Below are positions 27,228-42,710 of a stretch of DNA of 64,000 nucleotides, in pieces; positions within the stretch are counted from its first letter, which is position 1; each line of letters opens with the position of its first letter. This DNA comes from Octopus vulgaris (lineage: Eukaryota). The notes beneath the pieces were generated by a model. The model did no database searches. It worked only from the letters and a program-made list of their open reading frames with translations, and was not told the DNA's origin. The stretch spans positions 39,184,001-39,248,000 of the forward strand of contig OX597839.1 in the NCBI GenBank assembly GCA_951406725.2. Reading direction: 5' to 3'. The translations under genes and the position numbers were made by a program.

Positions 27228-27400
27228 ATAGTAATAGTAATGGTAAGACAACAAAAGAATGAAAGAGACCTCGGTATTATGTAAATAGAGGGATTTATAT
27301 GTAATATGATATGTGACAATTATTGGGTTGCCATAATAAAACTCCGAGTTTTGGATGTCGGGACAGAAACCTGCTCCGGCATCTCTTCAGTTATCGAAGT
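27228..27400 (-). mobile_element. Penelope-like terminal repeat remnant with degenerate hammerhead motif
   Basis: Minus strand ATAA-CTGAAGA-GATGCCGG..CCGACATC-CAAAA-CTCGGAG-TT-TTAT; abuts (TA)n. Confidence 0.55.
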
Positions 27401-29291
27401 AATTAAAATATGCTATGAAAATGACCATTAAACAAAGGGAAATTACTATGTAATTGACCGTTTTTAAGGCAAAAGAGAATGACCGTTAAATAAGGGAAAA
27501 AACCGAAGGTTACGGAGTAGAAGCAAAAATGCTCATAGCAATCGCGTATGCGCGCATGTATATAGATACACAAGCGCACGCACACACCCACGTTATCATG
27601 TTACACACACATACACACACACACATATATATATGATTTTTCATAGGAGCAGGTATGGCTGTGTGGTAAGAAGCTTGCTTCCCAATAAGATAGTTCTCGG
27701 TTCAGTCCCACTGCATGGCACCTCAGGCTACTATCTTCTATTATAGCCTTGTAAGAAGATTTGGTAGGTAGAAACCGAAAGAAACCTGTCGTGTATATAT
27801 ACATATTTACAAGTGTGTGCCTGTGGTTCTCTCCCACACGCCGGTTATAACCAGGGTTGGTTTGTATACGTCTCTGTTACTTAGTGGTATATATTCATAC
27901 AGAGTAATTGTGTATTTATTTGTGTTGTGGTCAGATACACACAATTCAAACTCTTGCTCGCTCTCTCTCTGTCTCTCTCTCTCTGTCTCTCTCTGTCTCT
28001 CTCTCTCTCTCCAATTCTTATTACTGTTGCTCTTAGAAAGCTTTCTGCCGATGTCATTGTATTTTTTGTTGATTTTAATTTATTTACCCTGTTTATTTGT
28101 TGCTGCTGCTACTGTTGTTGTTGTTGTTGTTCTTCTTCTTTTCTTCTTCTTTTCTTCTTCTTCGTCGTCGTCGACATCGTCTACTGAATATGACCAGAGG
28201 CCCTGTCTGCAACAGACAGCCACTTCAGAACAGTTTACGTGTTGTCGGTGTAGCGGTCGATATGCAAGTCTGCGCTGAGTCAGATACATTTACAGAAAAT
28301 CCAGAAGAAGAACAACAACAACGACAACGACAACGACGACAAACGAACATAGTCACTCCGTTTTTGTACAAGACGTCTTTCCGCATTTCATCTCTTTGAT
28401 GAAGTTTAAATCTAAGGCCAATAGTAGAACGGAGATGGTCATTTGTTAGTTGGAATGTTTCAAGTCGCGTCTTTGGATATCGATGATGCCTAACAGAACA
28501 ATCTCCTCTGGAGGATTTTCAGGTTGGAGAATTTTGATCATTTCCAAAAGGATTTACTCCTAAAGGTGCTACAGAAAAGGAGCTTTGTTTGTTATTCGAG
28601 AAGAAAATCTTAAACATAAACGAACTTTTAGATCAGTTAAAATATGTTTGTGACATTTGACCTGTAAAATGCCCGCCTTCCCAACGATTTGCCATGGAGA
28701 AAAAGTCTCGCTTTAGGCAAAATGTGTAAAACAGAAAAGTCATTTCAGAGCACACCCTATGGACTACTATATGTTTTTCGAGGTGTTTATGCTCCCATCA
28801 GTATCAGATACAAACTGGGACAGCTCTGATATGACTGAATGTCTTGGCTTTCTTACAGAAAACCCAGTAGAAACTATAAACTAACTGCATGCTGTGGCTG
28901 TCCAGCTGGAAAAAAATACATGTTTGGCACCCGAAGCAATGATATAAAATAAACTTTTAGATCACGTGTGTGTATGTATGTGCACACACAGACAGGTAGA
29001 CAAACACCGACATACGTAGACATGGCTTACCCACCACATGGTTCCGGATTCAGTCTCACGGAGTACTAACTTGAGCAAGTGTGTTCTATTATACACCAGG
29101 GTCGACCAAAGCCTTGTGAGTTGATTCGGTTGACGGAAACTAATGAAGCCCGTCCTATACACAAGTGTGTGTGTGTGTGTGTGTGTGTGAGTGAGAGAGA
29201 GAGAGAAAGAATTTTATAGAATATCTATAGTTTATTTTTAAAAAAATGATAAACTTACATACATGACAGTCAAACAGACAAGATAGATAGA

Positions 29292-29524
29292 AAGGCGGCG
29301 AGCTGGCAGAAACGTTAGCACGCCGGGTGAAATGCGTAGCTGTATTTCGTCTGCCGCTACGTTCTGAGTTCAAATTCCGCCGAGGTCGACTTTGCCTTTC
29401 ATCCTTTCGGGGTCGATAAATTAAGTACCAGTTAAGCACTGGGGTCGATATAATTGACTTAATCCGTTTGTCTGTCCTTGGTTGTCCCCTCTGTGCTTAG
29501 CCCCTTGTGGGCAATAAAGAAATA
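29292..29524 (+). mobile_element. SINE-A, full length
   Basis: Flanked by a direct repeat AAGATAGATAG. Confidence 0.92.
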
Positions 29525-30049
29525 AGATAGATAGCTTGAGACAGACATACAGATAGATAAACAAATAGAGACAATGAAAGAGGAGGGGAGAAGTAAATAG
29601 ACAAACAGTCAGGAAGATAGGTACAAAAGCAGGTAGATGGATAGAAAAATATACAGAAACACAACCAGATAGATAGATAAACAGACAGACAGATAGACAG
29701 TCAGAATGATAGATAGAAGGACAGACAGACACATAGCTAGCGAGCTAGATAGATACATACATACATACGTACGTACGTACATAGATAGACAGACAGACAG
29801 ATAGACAGATTAACTTTAATGTTGAATCAAATTTAAATATCAAACCGATCATTCAGGCTTTCACGAAAACTATCAAAAATAATAAAATGGCGGCCGAAAT
29901 ATGATTTCAGATAAAGGAAATATTTAATACTGAGAGATAAAACTGTTTTATTAAATATAATATTTTGATGTTGGCCACAGTCCACTGGGTGGAACCGGTG
30001 GATAGAAACACCTGCATATATATGTACATGTGAAGAGAAGTGTTTTACA

Positions 30050-33380
<3,331 letters not shown>

Positions 33381-33787
33381 AATATTTACAATTTAAAAGA
33401 ATTTATTGAAATACCCATTGTACACATGTTTCCATAATGGCCTTATTATACATGTATGTAATAAATATTCATCACTCTCTCAGTAATTGAAATTCAAATA
33501 AATGATAAAAATGAAGAGAATATAGAGCGTTTGATATTACACACTGAAGATTATATACTATACACCCATACGGTGTGTGTGTGTGTGTCCGTGTGTCCAC
33601 GTATACATACAGTAGCTACAATAACGACATGAACAAAAAATCTTATATAGAAGAATTTTTATGTTAAACTCATTAAAATAAAACATTAACAGACACAGGT
33701 CGTTAATTAATGCAATCGCTGGAGCATGGACAAAATACCTACGAAAAGCATTTTATTGTGACCTTTGACATTGTGAGTTTCAATACC

Positions 33788-34386
33788 TTTTTTTTTTTTA
33801 CTGCCCACAAGGGGCTAAACACAGAGGGGACAAACAAGGACAGACATAGGTATTAAGTCGATTACATTGACCACAGTGCGTAACTGGTACTTATTTAATC
33901 GACCCCGAGAGGATGAAAGGCAAAATCGATCTCGGCAGAATTTGAACTGCGAACGTAACGGCAGACGAAATACCTATTTCTTTACTACCCACAAGGGGCT
34001 AAGCACAGAGAGGACAAACAAGGACAGACATAGGTATTAAGTCGATTACATTGACCACAGTGCGTAACTGGTACTTAGTTTATCGACCCCGAAAGGATGA
34101 AAGGCAAAATTGACCTCGGCAGAATTTGAACTAAGAACGTAACGGCAGATGAAATTCCTATTTCTTTACTACCCACAAGGGGCTAAACACAGAGGGGACA
34201 AACAAGGACAGACAAACGGATTAAGTCGATTACATCGACCCCAGTGCGTAACTGGTACTTCATTTATCGACCCCGAAAGGATGAAAGGCAAAGTCGATCT
34301 CGGCGGAATTTGAACTCACAACGTAACGGCAGACGAAATGCCACTAGGCATTTCGCCCGCCGCGCTAACGTTTCTCCCAGCTCACT
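33788..34386 (-). mobile_element. SINE-A head-to-tail trimer (about 184-bp units) with A-tail and a single TSD
   Basis: Three cores with junctions at about 33973 and 34157. TSD GTTTCAATACC at 33777-33787 and 34387-34397. Confidence 0.9.
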
Positions 34387-34940
34387 GTTTCAATACCGGT
34401 AGCGTGAACTTACTCCAAGCGATTCCTTCCTGGTTTTGATAAAATACGAATGTTTGCATTGAAATATTGGGAATCGATATGATGGAATGTGTAAGTTTTT
34501 TTTTTTTTACCTTAGCCTCTTAATGCAAATATGTGACAGGCAGTGTGTTTAAACGAGAAATCAACAGGGAAAAAACAAAAAAACAAATCTACACTAGAAA
34601 TACATTCTCATACCTGTAGTGACACACCTTTATAAACAGAAGCTCACACATACATGTACATATACATCTATATGTGTATGTATGTGGACACACACACACA
34701 CACACCTAAGTATATATCTATACGCGTGTGTATATTTATATGTGTGTATATATTTATATGCGGCGAGTTCAAATTGCGCCGAGGTCAACTTTGCCTTTAA
34801 TCCTTACGGGGGTCGATAAATTAAGTACCAGTGAAACACTGGGGTTGATGTAATCGACTGGTCCCCTCCCCACCCAAATTTCTGGCCTTGTGTCTTTAGC
34901 GGAAAAGATATTTATATGCGTATGTTTATATGCATATATA

Positions 34941-35580
34941 TACGAGGGAGTGCTGAAAAGTTTCCATCCATCCACCCACCCACGCACCCACCCAATCCAT
35001 CCATCCATCCATCCATCCATCCATCTATCCATCCGCCCGCTCAGTCGAAGTCGACTCTCGGTTACTCGATGGATCAGTGTCCTCCAGTCAGTTCTATCCT
35101 GGGCCGCTTCTTTCAGACTGGCTATGTCCATTCCGGTATCCCTCTTGATGGTGTCAAGCCAGCGGGTTCTTGGTCGGCCTCTTCCTCTCTTGCCACTGAC
35201 CATTCCGAGCATGATGTCCTTCTCCAGGGATTTTCTCCGCATAATATGACCGAAATATGCCGATCTATGCTTGGTGAACCTAGCTTCTAGCGACATTTTC
35301 GGCCTTATCTGCTTAAGAACTTCTCCATTGGTGAGCCTCGCTGTTCATAGAATCCGTAAAAGTCTTCTCCAACACCAAAGCTCGAATGCATTAATTCTCT
35401 TCTGGTCAGCTTTCTTTAGTGTCCAGGTCTCGCATCCATATGTTGCTATTAGTTTCTAGCTTTGGGTAAAAGAAAACACAGGAAGATCAGTTATTATTTT
35501 GTTAAACATATTCCCCTATCAGGTCTACGTACATATTGTAGCGGGCCTTCAGTTTTTCTAAACCCTGTAAAAGAACTTAG
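34941..35580 (+). mobile_element. Tc1/mariner-like left end, split by an RTE insertion
   Basis: TA-CGAGGGAGTGCTGAAAAGT resembles a mariner TIR. The sequence resumes after the RTE with AGTTTCTAGCTTTGGG. Confidence 0.55.
34965..35450 (-). mobile_element. 5'-truncated RTE (BovB-like) LINE 3' end with (GGAT)n tail
   Basis: [38 protein letters not shown]...AAQDRTDWR is a typical RTE C-terminus. Short direct repeat AGTTTC at 34959 and 35451. Confidence 0.9.
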
Positions 35581-35868
35581 ATAAAATATATCAATTAAAA
35601 CCAAAGAACCATTCATTTCTTTCCCATCTTGAAACATGTCAGTACTTACTTTCTTTCCAACCTAATAAACATGTATGTATGTCATTATTCAGTTTTATTT
35701 CAAGATATCTTGCCAATAGAGAAATAGCCGGTTTCTAACCTAGATCTAAGGCTCCCTCATTGGAATTTCAACATCAACAGGGTGTATTTGTATGTATGTA
35801 TATGTGCAGGTTTGTAGGTTTTGTTTTATGTATGTATTCTTATGCATATAGTTGCATGTCTAGACAAG

Positions 35869-36245
35869 TTCTTCTTCTAACCGCTCAGTCGAAGTCGACT
35901 CTCGGTCACTCGTTGGATCAGTGTCCTCCAGTCAGTTCTATCCTGGGCCGCTTCTTTCAGACTGGCTATGTCCATTCCGGTATCACTCTTGATGGTGTCA
36001 AGCCAGCGGGTTCTTGGTCGGCCTCTTCTTCTCTTGCCACTGACCATTCCGAGCATGAAGTCCTTCTCCAGGGATTTTCTTCGCATAATATGACCGAAAT
36101 ATACCAATCTATGCTTGGTGATCCTAGCTTCTAGCGACATTTTCGGCCTTATCTGCTTAAGAACTTCTCCATTGGTGAGCCTCGCTGTCCATGGGATCCG
36201 CAAAAGTCTTCTCCAACACCAAAGCTCGAATGCATTAATTCTCTT
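35869..36245 (-). mobile_element. Second 5'-truncated copy of the same RTE family with (GAA) tail
   Basis: [14 protein letters not shown]...YFGHIMRR...GRPRTRWLD; highly similar to 34965-35450. Confidence 0.9.
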
Positions 36246-36257
36246 CTGAATATATAC

Positions 36258-36572
36258 TTAATTCATAAACTTCTGGTAAGTTTTACTGATTTTTACAGTT
36301 GTGGTGATAGCTTGGATTTGTAGTCTTCGAATCAGCCTTTTCCGTTCTGGTTTTGAGAAGCCTAATTTCTCAAGATTGGTATTTAGGTAGTGTGTTACAT
36401 AACCCAGTGCTCCAATAATTACAGGTAATAAACCTGAACTTCTAATCTGGATAGAGTAGCTATAGATTCCTCAATAGTTTGGCAAATGTATTTTCTTTTT
36501 CGTTGACCTTTAGCTTTGCGTTAACATCCGCTGGGCAGCTGATTTCCACAACTGTACACAGTTTCCCTTTTC
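36258..36572 (-). mobile_element. R4/Dong-type LINE, restriction-like endonuclease C-terminal fragment
   Basis: VVEISCPADVN.KLK..EKENT..KLLRNL...FIPVIIGALGYV matches the RLE domain tail (E...P.D.N, P.IIGALG). Confidence 0.8.
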
Positions 36573-36832
36573 TATGTATGTATGTATGTATGTATGTATG
36601 TATGTATGTGAATTTATGTACGTGTCTGATTTTATGTGACTTTTTGGTAGTGTACGTGTATGTCTGTGTATGTAACGTGTACGTGTTTTCCTTTCGGATA
36701 TTTGAAGAATTCATAATGCGAAAAAAGAGAAACTGAAAAACATCCTAACTAAATAGCAGAAAATCTCGAAGACCCACTTTATAATCCCTTCCCCATTACT
36801 ACTTTCTTTCTATTCTTCTTTCTGCCTTCAAT

Positions 36833-36870
<38 letters not shown>

Positions 36871-37289
36871 TGCGCATTGTGTTAAGAATGAGATATTTTC
36901 TTGCAGAAGTTAAAATAATATTTATCAGACACCAACTATAAATAAGGGTCAGTGCTTGCAATAATATTTTAGATTGGAATGGTAAAAAAAAAAAAAAAAT
37001 GCTGCGGGAGAATACATACAAAATGTGTATGTGTGTGTGTGTGTGTGGATATACAAAGAGAAACAGAGACGTAGAGAGAGAGAGAGAGGGAGGGTCCGTG
37101 TAAGAGTTGAACTAATACATTTTTAAAACTTGCCCTCTTATACGTGATGTGTGTGAGAGAGTGCGCGCGGGTCATGAGTTTGGGTAAAGGTCAGTGGGTA
37201 TCATTCAACCCCAGTACTTAATGTTACTTTGTTTTATCAATTTTCTAAGTATTTTACCATCCATCCCATATATTTCATTCATACAGTTT

Positions 37290-37493
37290 TCATTGACGCA
37301 TCGCTAGCCACTACACCTTTTTCTATTTTTCTATTTTCTGTGTTCTCCCCCTGTTTCTTTCTGTGTTCCTTTCTGTCGAGGAGCGTAGGCTCGAAATGTA
37401 AAAGACTTTCTCACTTCCCGAGCGTTAAACTAATACATCTGTTTGTTGTTTACACACCCGTCTTCGTCCTTTTGTTTTTTCTTTTGTAAATTC

Positions 37494-37500
<7 letters not shown>
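37290..37500 (+). mobile_element. Penelope-like terminal repeat with minimal hammerhead-like motif
   Basis: CTTT-CTGTCGA-G-GAGC-GTAG-GCTC-GAAA-TGT-A-AAAG at 37369-37404; the element ends in (TA)n. Confidence 0.55.
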
Positions 37501-37549
<49 letters not shown>

Positions 37550-37683
37550 CTTCACTAAGCACACATATCTCCACCTAAACTATGCTTGGAACAAGACTGT
37601 CAAGCACTGAACTATTCAGCTCGCTTCTAAAATCCGTATGGTAACGCCTTGAATAAAGCTGCATTGGTAAGTATTCTATAGAT

Positions 37684-37962
37684 CAGAGGTTCTAAAAGTG
37701 GACGGTATTGCCCCCTTGGGGGCGACGGAAAGTTCCAAGAGGGCGTTAAAGAGAAGTGGGGAAATAATAGGGAAGCGATTCATGCAAAAATTGGGGCGAT
37801 AATGAGGTAGCTATTCATGTAAAAACAACAAAATAATGGATTTATTAGGTTAAGTTTTATTTGGGAAATACAGTTGCTTTGAATTTGCTTCAGAAAAAGG
37901 TCTATGTTTGTGATGGTTAGTTGGGGTGGGGCCGGTAGCCCAAAACAGTTTGGGGACCACTG
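37684..37962. mobile_element. hAT (Charlie-like) MITE
   Basis: Imperfect TIRs CAGAGGTTCTAAAAGTG / CAGTTTGGGGACCACTG. 8-bp TSD CTATAGAT / CTCTAGAT fits the Charlie NTCTAGAN target preference. Confidence 0.82.
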
Positions 37963-38488
37963 CTCTAGATGAACTTGTAATGCAATTGAACCGGCAAAAT
38001 GCTATCAAATGCCACATGTAAGGTTATCTATGCATTAGAAACAAAAGATGGACTGATTGTATTGTATATAAGAGAATGCATTGTATATAATGCTGCAATA
38101 TACAAGTTTCTAAGGATGTAGAATTCTCCAATCTCATTTTTAAAGTATTATATATATATATATATATATATTATATATGGATAGATATACATATACACAC
38201 AACACACACAAATATGTGTGAGTATGTGTATATATGCATGCACATTTAGTCACGTATGTATATTAAACAATGTATATAATGTGGTCGTAACTAAGTTTAG
38301 ATGAAGTACATAGAGCAAATTATATATATAAATATATATATATATATATAATAATTTGCTCTGTGTTTGTGTATATATATATACATATACACATTTATTT
38401 ACACAGAGACATATATATTCACAAACACACATACACACACACAGCCACATTACAAAGGGTAATCAACCCACACACGGCTGAGAAGCCA

Positions 38489-38525
<37 letters not shown>

Positions 38526-38831
38526 GCAACAATAATAAAAAAACAACAACAACATCAACAACGGAAATGGAAGGTAGAAGAATCTGTTTGTGCTAATGTT
38601 TTTGTTTATCCATTTGGATGAGATTGTTGTTGTTGTTGTTGTTGTCTTAATGTCGAACGGTGGAGAAGAAGTTATATACGATTCTCCTTTTGTAGGATAA
38701 TGGCGATACTATGTGGAGATAACGGTTCTATCTACTGGAATTGGTACGACTCCAAGACAGTGCTTCACTCAAATAGTTGCAATGAATACATAAGCACGCG
38801 CGCGCACACACATATACGCACACACACATAT

Positions 38832-38872
<41 letters not shown>

Positions 38873-39055
38873 CATACGTTTACAAATATACATTTATATA
38901 TATATATATGCGTACATACGATGTTAACACACACATGTAGGTATGAGTATGTATGTATATGTATGCAAATATATTTAAGCATACACACACTTATATATGT
39001 AGGTATGCATACACACACACACACACACCTATATATTTACGTACACACACGTGTG

Positions 39056-39089
<34 letters not shown>

Positions 39090-39234
39090 CTAGAGGCTTA
39101 TGACTTATCTCTTACTTGCTTCAGTCATTAGACTGCGACCATGCTGGAGCATGCAGTCTTGAAGGGTTTAGTCGAATAAATCGACCCCAGTAATTATTTT
39201 TTAAAGTCTAGTACTTATTGTTCGGCTTTTTATT

Positions 39235-39490
39235 TATTCATCTTCTTCATCATCTTCATCATCTTCCTCTTCATCATCTTCTTTATCATCTTCTTCCTCA
39301 TCATCTTCTTCATTTCTTCATCATCATCTCCTTCCTCTTCATCATCTTTTTCATCATCTCCTTCCTCTTCATCACCTTCATCCACTTCCTCTTCATCATA
39401 TTCTTCATCATCTTCTTTATCATCTTCTTCCTCATCTTCTTCATTTCTTCATCACCTTCTTCATCATCTTCTTCATTTCTTCTTTTTCTT
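39235..39490. repeat. Degenerate (CAT/CTT)n repeat
   Basis: Directly visible. Confidence 0.9.
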
Positions 39491-39734
39491 CCCATCTCTC
39501 TTTGGCTCTTGTATGCAGCGTTTCGATGAGTGCAACATCACAAATATGTTGACTATCCAGTGTAGAATTTTACAGACATTTCACAATATTAGAAAACATA
39601 AAAAAAATATGAACATTTTAGGAACAAATTTAGTTTTGTTAGCGATACCGAAATTAATAGATAACCAATTAAATATCACATCACATGTCATCAGTCACGT
39701 GGGGAATTACTTCCGGAGTTTTTAGATCTCTTAC

Positions 39735-40262
39735 TATTCTTTTCTACTCTAGGCACAATGCCCGAAATTTTGGAGCAGAGGGCCAGTCGATTAAATCGAT
39801 TCCAGCACGCAAATGAAAGGCAACATCGACCTCTTTGGAATTCGAACTCAGAACGTAAAGACAGACGTAATACCTATTTCTTTACTACCCACAAGGGGCT
39901 ACACGCAGAGGGGACAAACGAGAACAGACAAACGGATTAAGTCGATTATGTCGACCCCAGTGCGTAATTGGTACTTATTTAATCGACCCCGAAAGGATGA
40001 AAGGCAAAGTCGACCTCGGCGGAATTTGTGACTCAGAACGTAGCGGCAGACGAAATACCTATTTCTTTATTACCCACAAGGGGCTAAGCACAGAGAAGAC
40101 AAACAAGGACAGACAAACGGATTAAGTCGATTATATCGACCCCAGTGCACAACTGGTACTTAATTTATCAACCTCGAAAGGTTGAATGACAAAGTCGACC
40201 ATGGCAGAATTTGAACTCAGAATGTAACGACAGACGAAATACCGCTAAGTATTTCGCCCGGA
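39735..40262 (-). mobile_element. SINE-A trimer with mixed tails (two type-1 units plus a terminal type-2 unit)
   Basis: Junctions AATACCTATTTCTTTA at about 39873 and 40058. Followed head-to-head by a plus-strand SINE-A at 40311-40520. Confidence 0.85.
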
Positions 40263-40985
40263 GATCTCTTAATATTACACTGTAATGCGGTGACACCGTA
40301 AAACACCGTAAGGCGGTGAACTGGCAGAATCGTTAGCTTGCTGGACAAAGTGTTTAGTAGCATTTCGTCCGTCGTTACGCTTTGAGTTCAAGGGTCGACT
40401 TTGCTTTTCATCCTTTCGGATTCGACAAAAATAAGTACAAGTTGAGCACTACGCTCGATATTACCTACTTATTTCCTCCTCACCAAAACTGCTGGGTTTG
40501 TGCTTAAATTTGAAACTAATACTTCTTTAAACGTAAATAAATACATTCGAACAAGTTGGTCAGGTTCGACTTAATTTCCAAAAGACAGCCTAAAGATTAT
40601 TGGTGATGCGCCAAAGTGTCACCAGACAAGAATTTGGAAACTTCAACTACGCTGGACTCGGCAGTGGAATCTCCGTACCTTGATGGAGCACCATAAGCCG
40701 TAAAATGCTTGTCAGCGGCAGTTTTAGACTTGGCATGGCCAATTTCGCTCTTGGCCAGACCTCAGCCGATTCCTTCAAAGAACAGAGAAATGGATATACA
40801 AACGAATATACATGTATGTATAAATGAAATCCGGTGGGTGATTATGTATACAATGTGTGCATACGTAATGTCAAAATATATCAATACATTTGACATATGC
40901 TGATATATTCAAGTGAAGTTTCCTGTATGTATGTATGCACACACAGATACATTTATATATTATATGTGTTCATGTCTTGAGACAT

Positions 40986-41027
<42 letters not shown>

Positions 41028-41195
41028 AAAGAGAAAGATGAGGAAAGAGAGTCTTAGGTGATCATTACTTTTGCATATTTGTATCTATGTATATACCAGA
41101 TACATATACTCCCAAACACACGTACACACCACATACGTTGCACACACATACATTCATAAACACTCATGCCTTCGTGTGTGTTTCTGTGTGTGTGC

Positions 41196-41339
<144 letters not shown>

Positions 41340-41741
41340 TAATGCGTGTGTATCAGTGCGTGCACATTCGAACAAGTGTCATCCAGTTTTCAGAGAACGT
41401 TTTCGACACAAAACCGAAAGGAAAACACAGCGCAACCACGACAGCCGCAGCAGGAACAGCAACAACAACGACCACCACCACAACAACAACAACAACAACA
41501 ACAACAACTACAACAGTAGCAGCAACATCAACTGCTATATTGTTTGTTTGTTTTTTTTTTTTATTTCATTTATTTATTCATTTTGCCAGTAGTCGTCGCA
41601 CGTGAATTGTTCCATTGAGAAAACAACATGGCGTATTTTTACAACGTTTTTACACTGCACGGAAACTGTCAGCTGAGGCTCACGGGACTGCAATGACGCC
41701 ATTGAAATATATCCATTTTCTACTTTTGTTGTTGTTGTTGT

Positions 41742-42132
41742 GTGGAGGCGCAATGGCCCAGTGGTTAGGGCATCGGACTCGCGGTCATAGGATTGCGGTT
41801 TCGATTCCCAGACCGGGCGTTGTGAGTGTTTATTGAGCGAAAACACCTAAAAAAGCTCCACGAGGCCCCGGCAGGGGATGGTGGTAATCCCTGCTGTACT
41901 CTTTCACCACAACTTTCACTCTTACTTCCTGTTTCTGTTGTATCTGTATTTCAAAGGGCCGGCCTTGTCACTCTCCGTGTCACGCTGAATATCCCCCGAG
42001 AACTACGTTAAGGGTGCACGTGTCTGTGGAGTGCTCAGCCACTTACACGTTAATTTCACGAGCAGGCTGTTCCGTTGATTCGGATCAACCGGAACCCTCA
42101 TCGTTGTAACCGACGGAGTGCTTCCTATCCTA
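41742..42132 (+). mobile_element. SINE-C, full length, tail type 1, inserted in (GTT)n
   Basis: Near-identical to 5568-5959. Confidence 0.92.
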
Positions 42133-42402
42133 TTGTTGTTGTTGATATTGTTGCCGTTGTGAATGTCTTTCTTGTTTTCGTGAATATTATCGTTGTTGCT
42201 GTTGTTATGAACGTTGCTGATATCAGTGTAGTTTTTCTCTTTGCATGTTATTATTCTTGTTGCTACGGATGTTGCTCTTGTTCTTTTTACTGTTGTTGTC
42301 TCATTAAAGTTTTTTATTACTGTTATTTTATCATTGTTGTTGTTTTCCGTTGTTCTTTTATTATTGTTTCCTTAGTATTTGTTAACGTTGTATGGTATCT
42401 CG

Positions 42403-42710
42403 GGAGGGTCATTATGCCAATAATAAACACACGCACCGGCTCTATTTCACTTCATTTCCCATCATTATCATTAGTCAATTCGGTAACTTTAAACCAATCA
42501 TTAGAATAAACGTTCGGTCGACCAAAAAAGCTAGATTTCTGAAAGTCCTCTCATCATCCTTCGCGACCTTATAAACGATATACCATCTCCACTCCGCGTC
42601 TGCTTCGAACGATCGATTAATTAATTGGTTAAATGTTAATGAATTTAATACCAATACAGTAAGTGAAACAAAACCAGTGCGTGTGTTATTATTGACAAGA
42701 TGACCTCTCC
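42403..42710. mobile_element. Fold-back/MITE-like element with about 110-bp imperfect inverted arms
   Basis: Left arm GGAGGGTCATTATGCCAATAATAAACACACGCACCGG; reverse complement of right arm GGAGAGGTCATCTTGTCAATAATAACACACGCACTGG. Confidence 0.75.

Noticed and set aside
33788-34386. CRISPR-like or hammerhead-containing retrozyme array
   Set aside because: Units are whole SINE bodies without unique spacers. I found no CUGANGA core paired with GAAA in the unit (only GGATGA...CGAAA), so no ribozyme is claimed.
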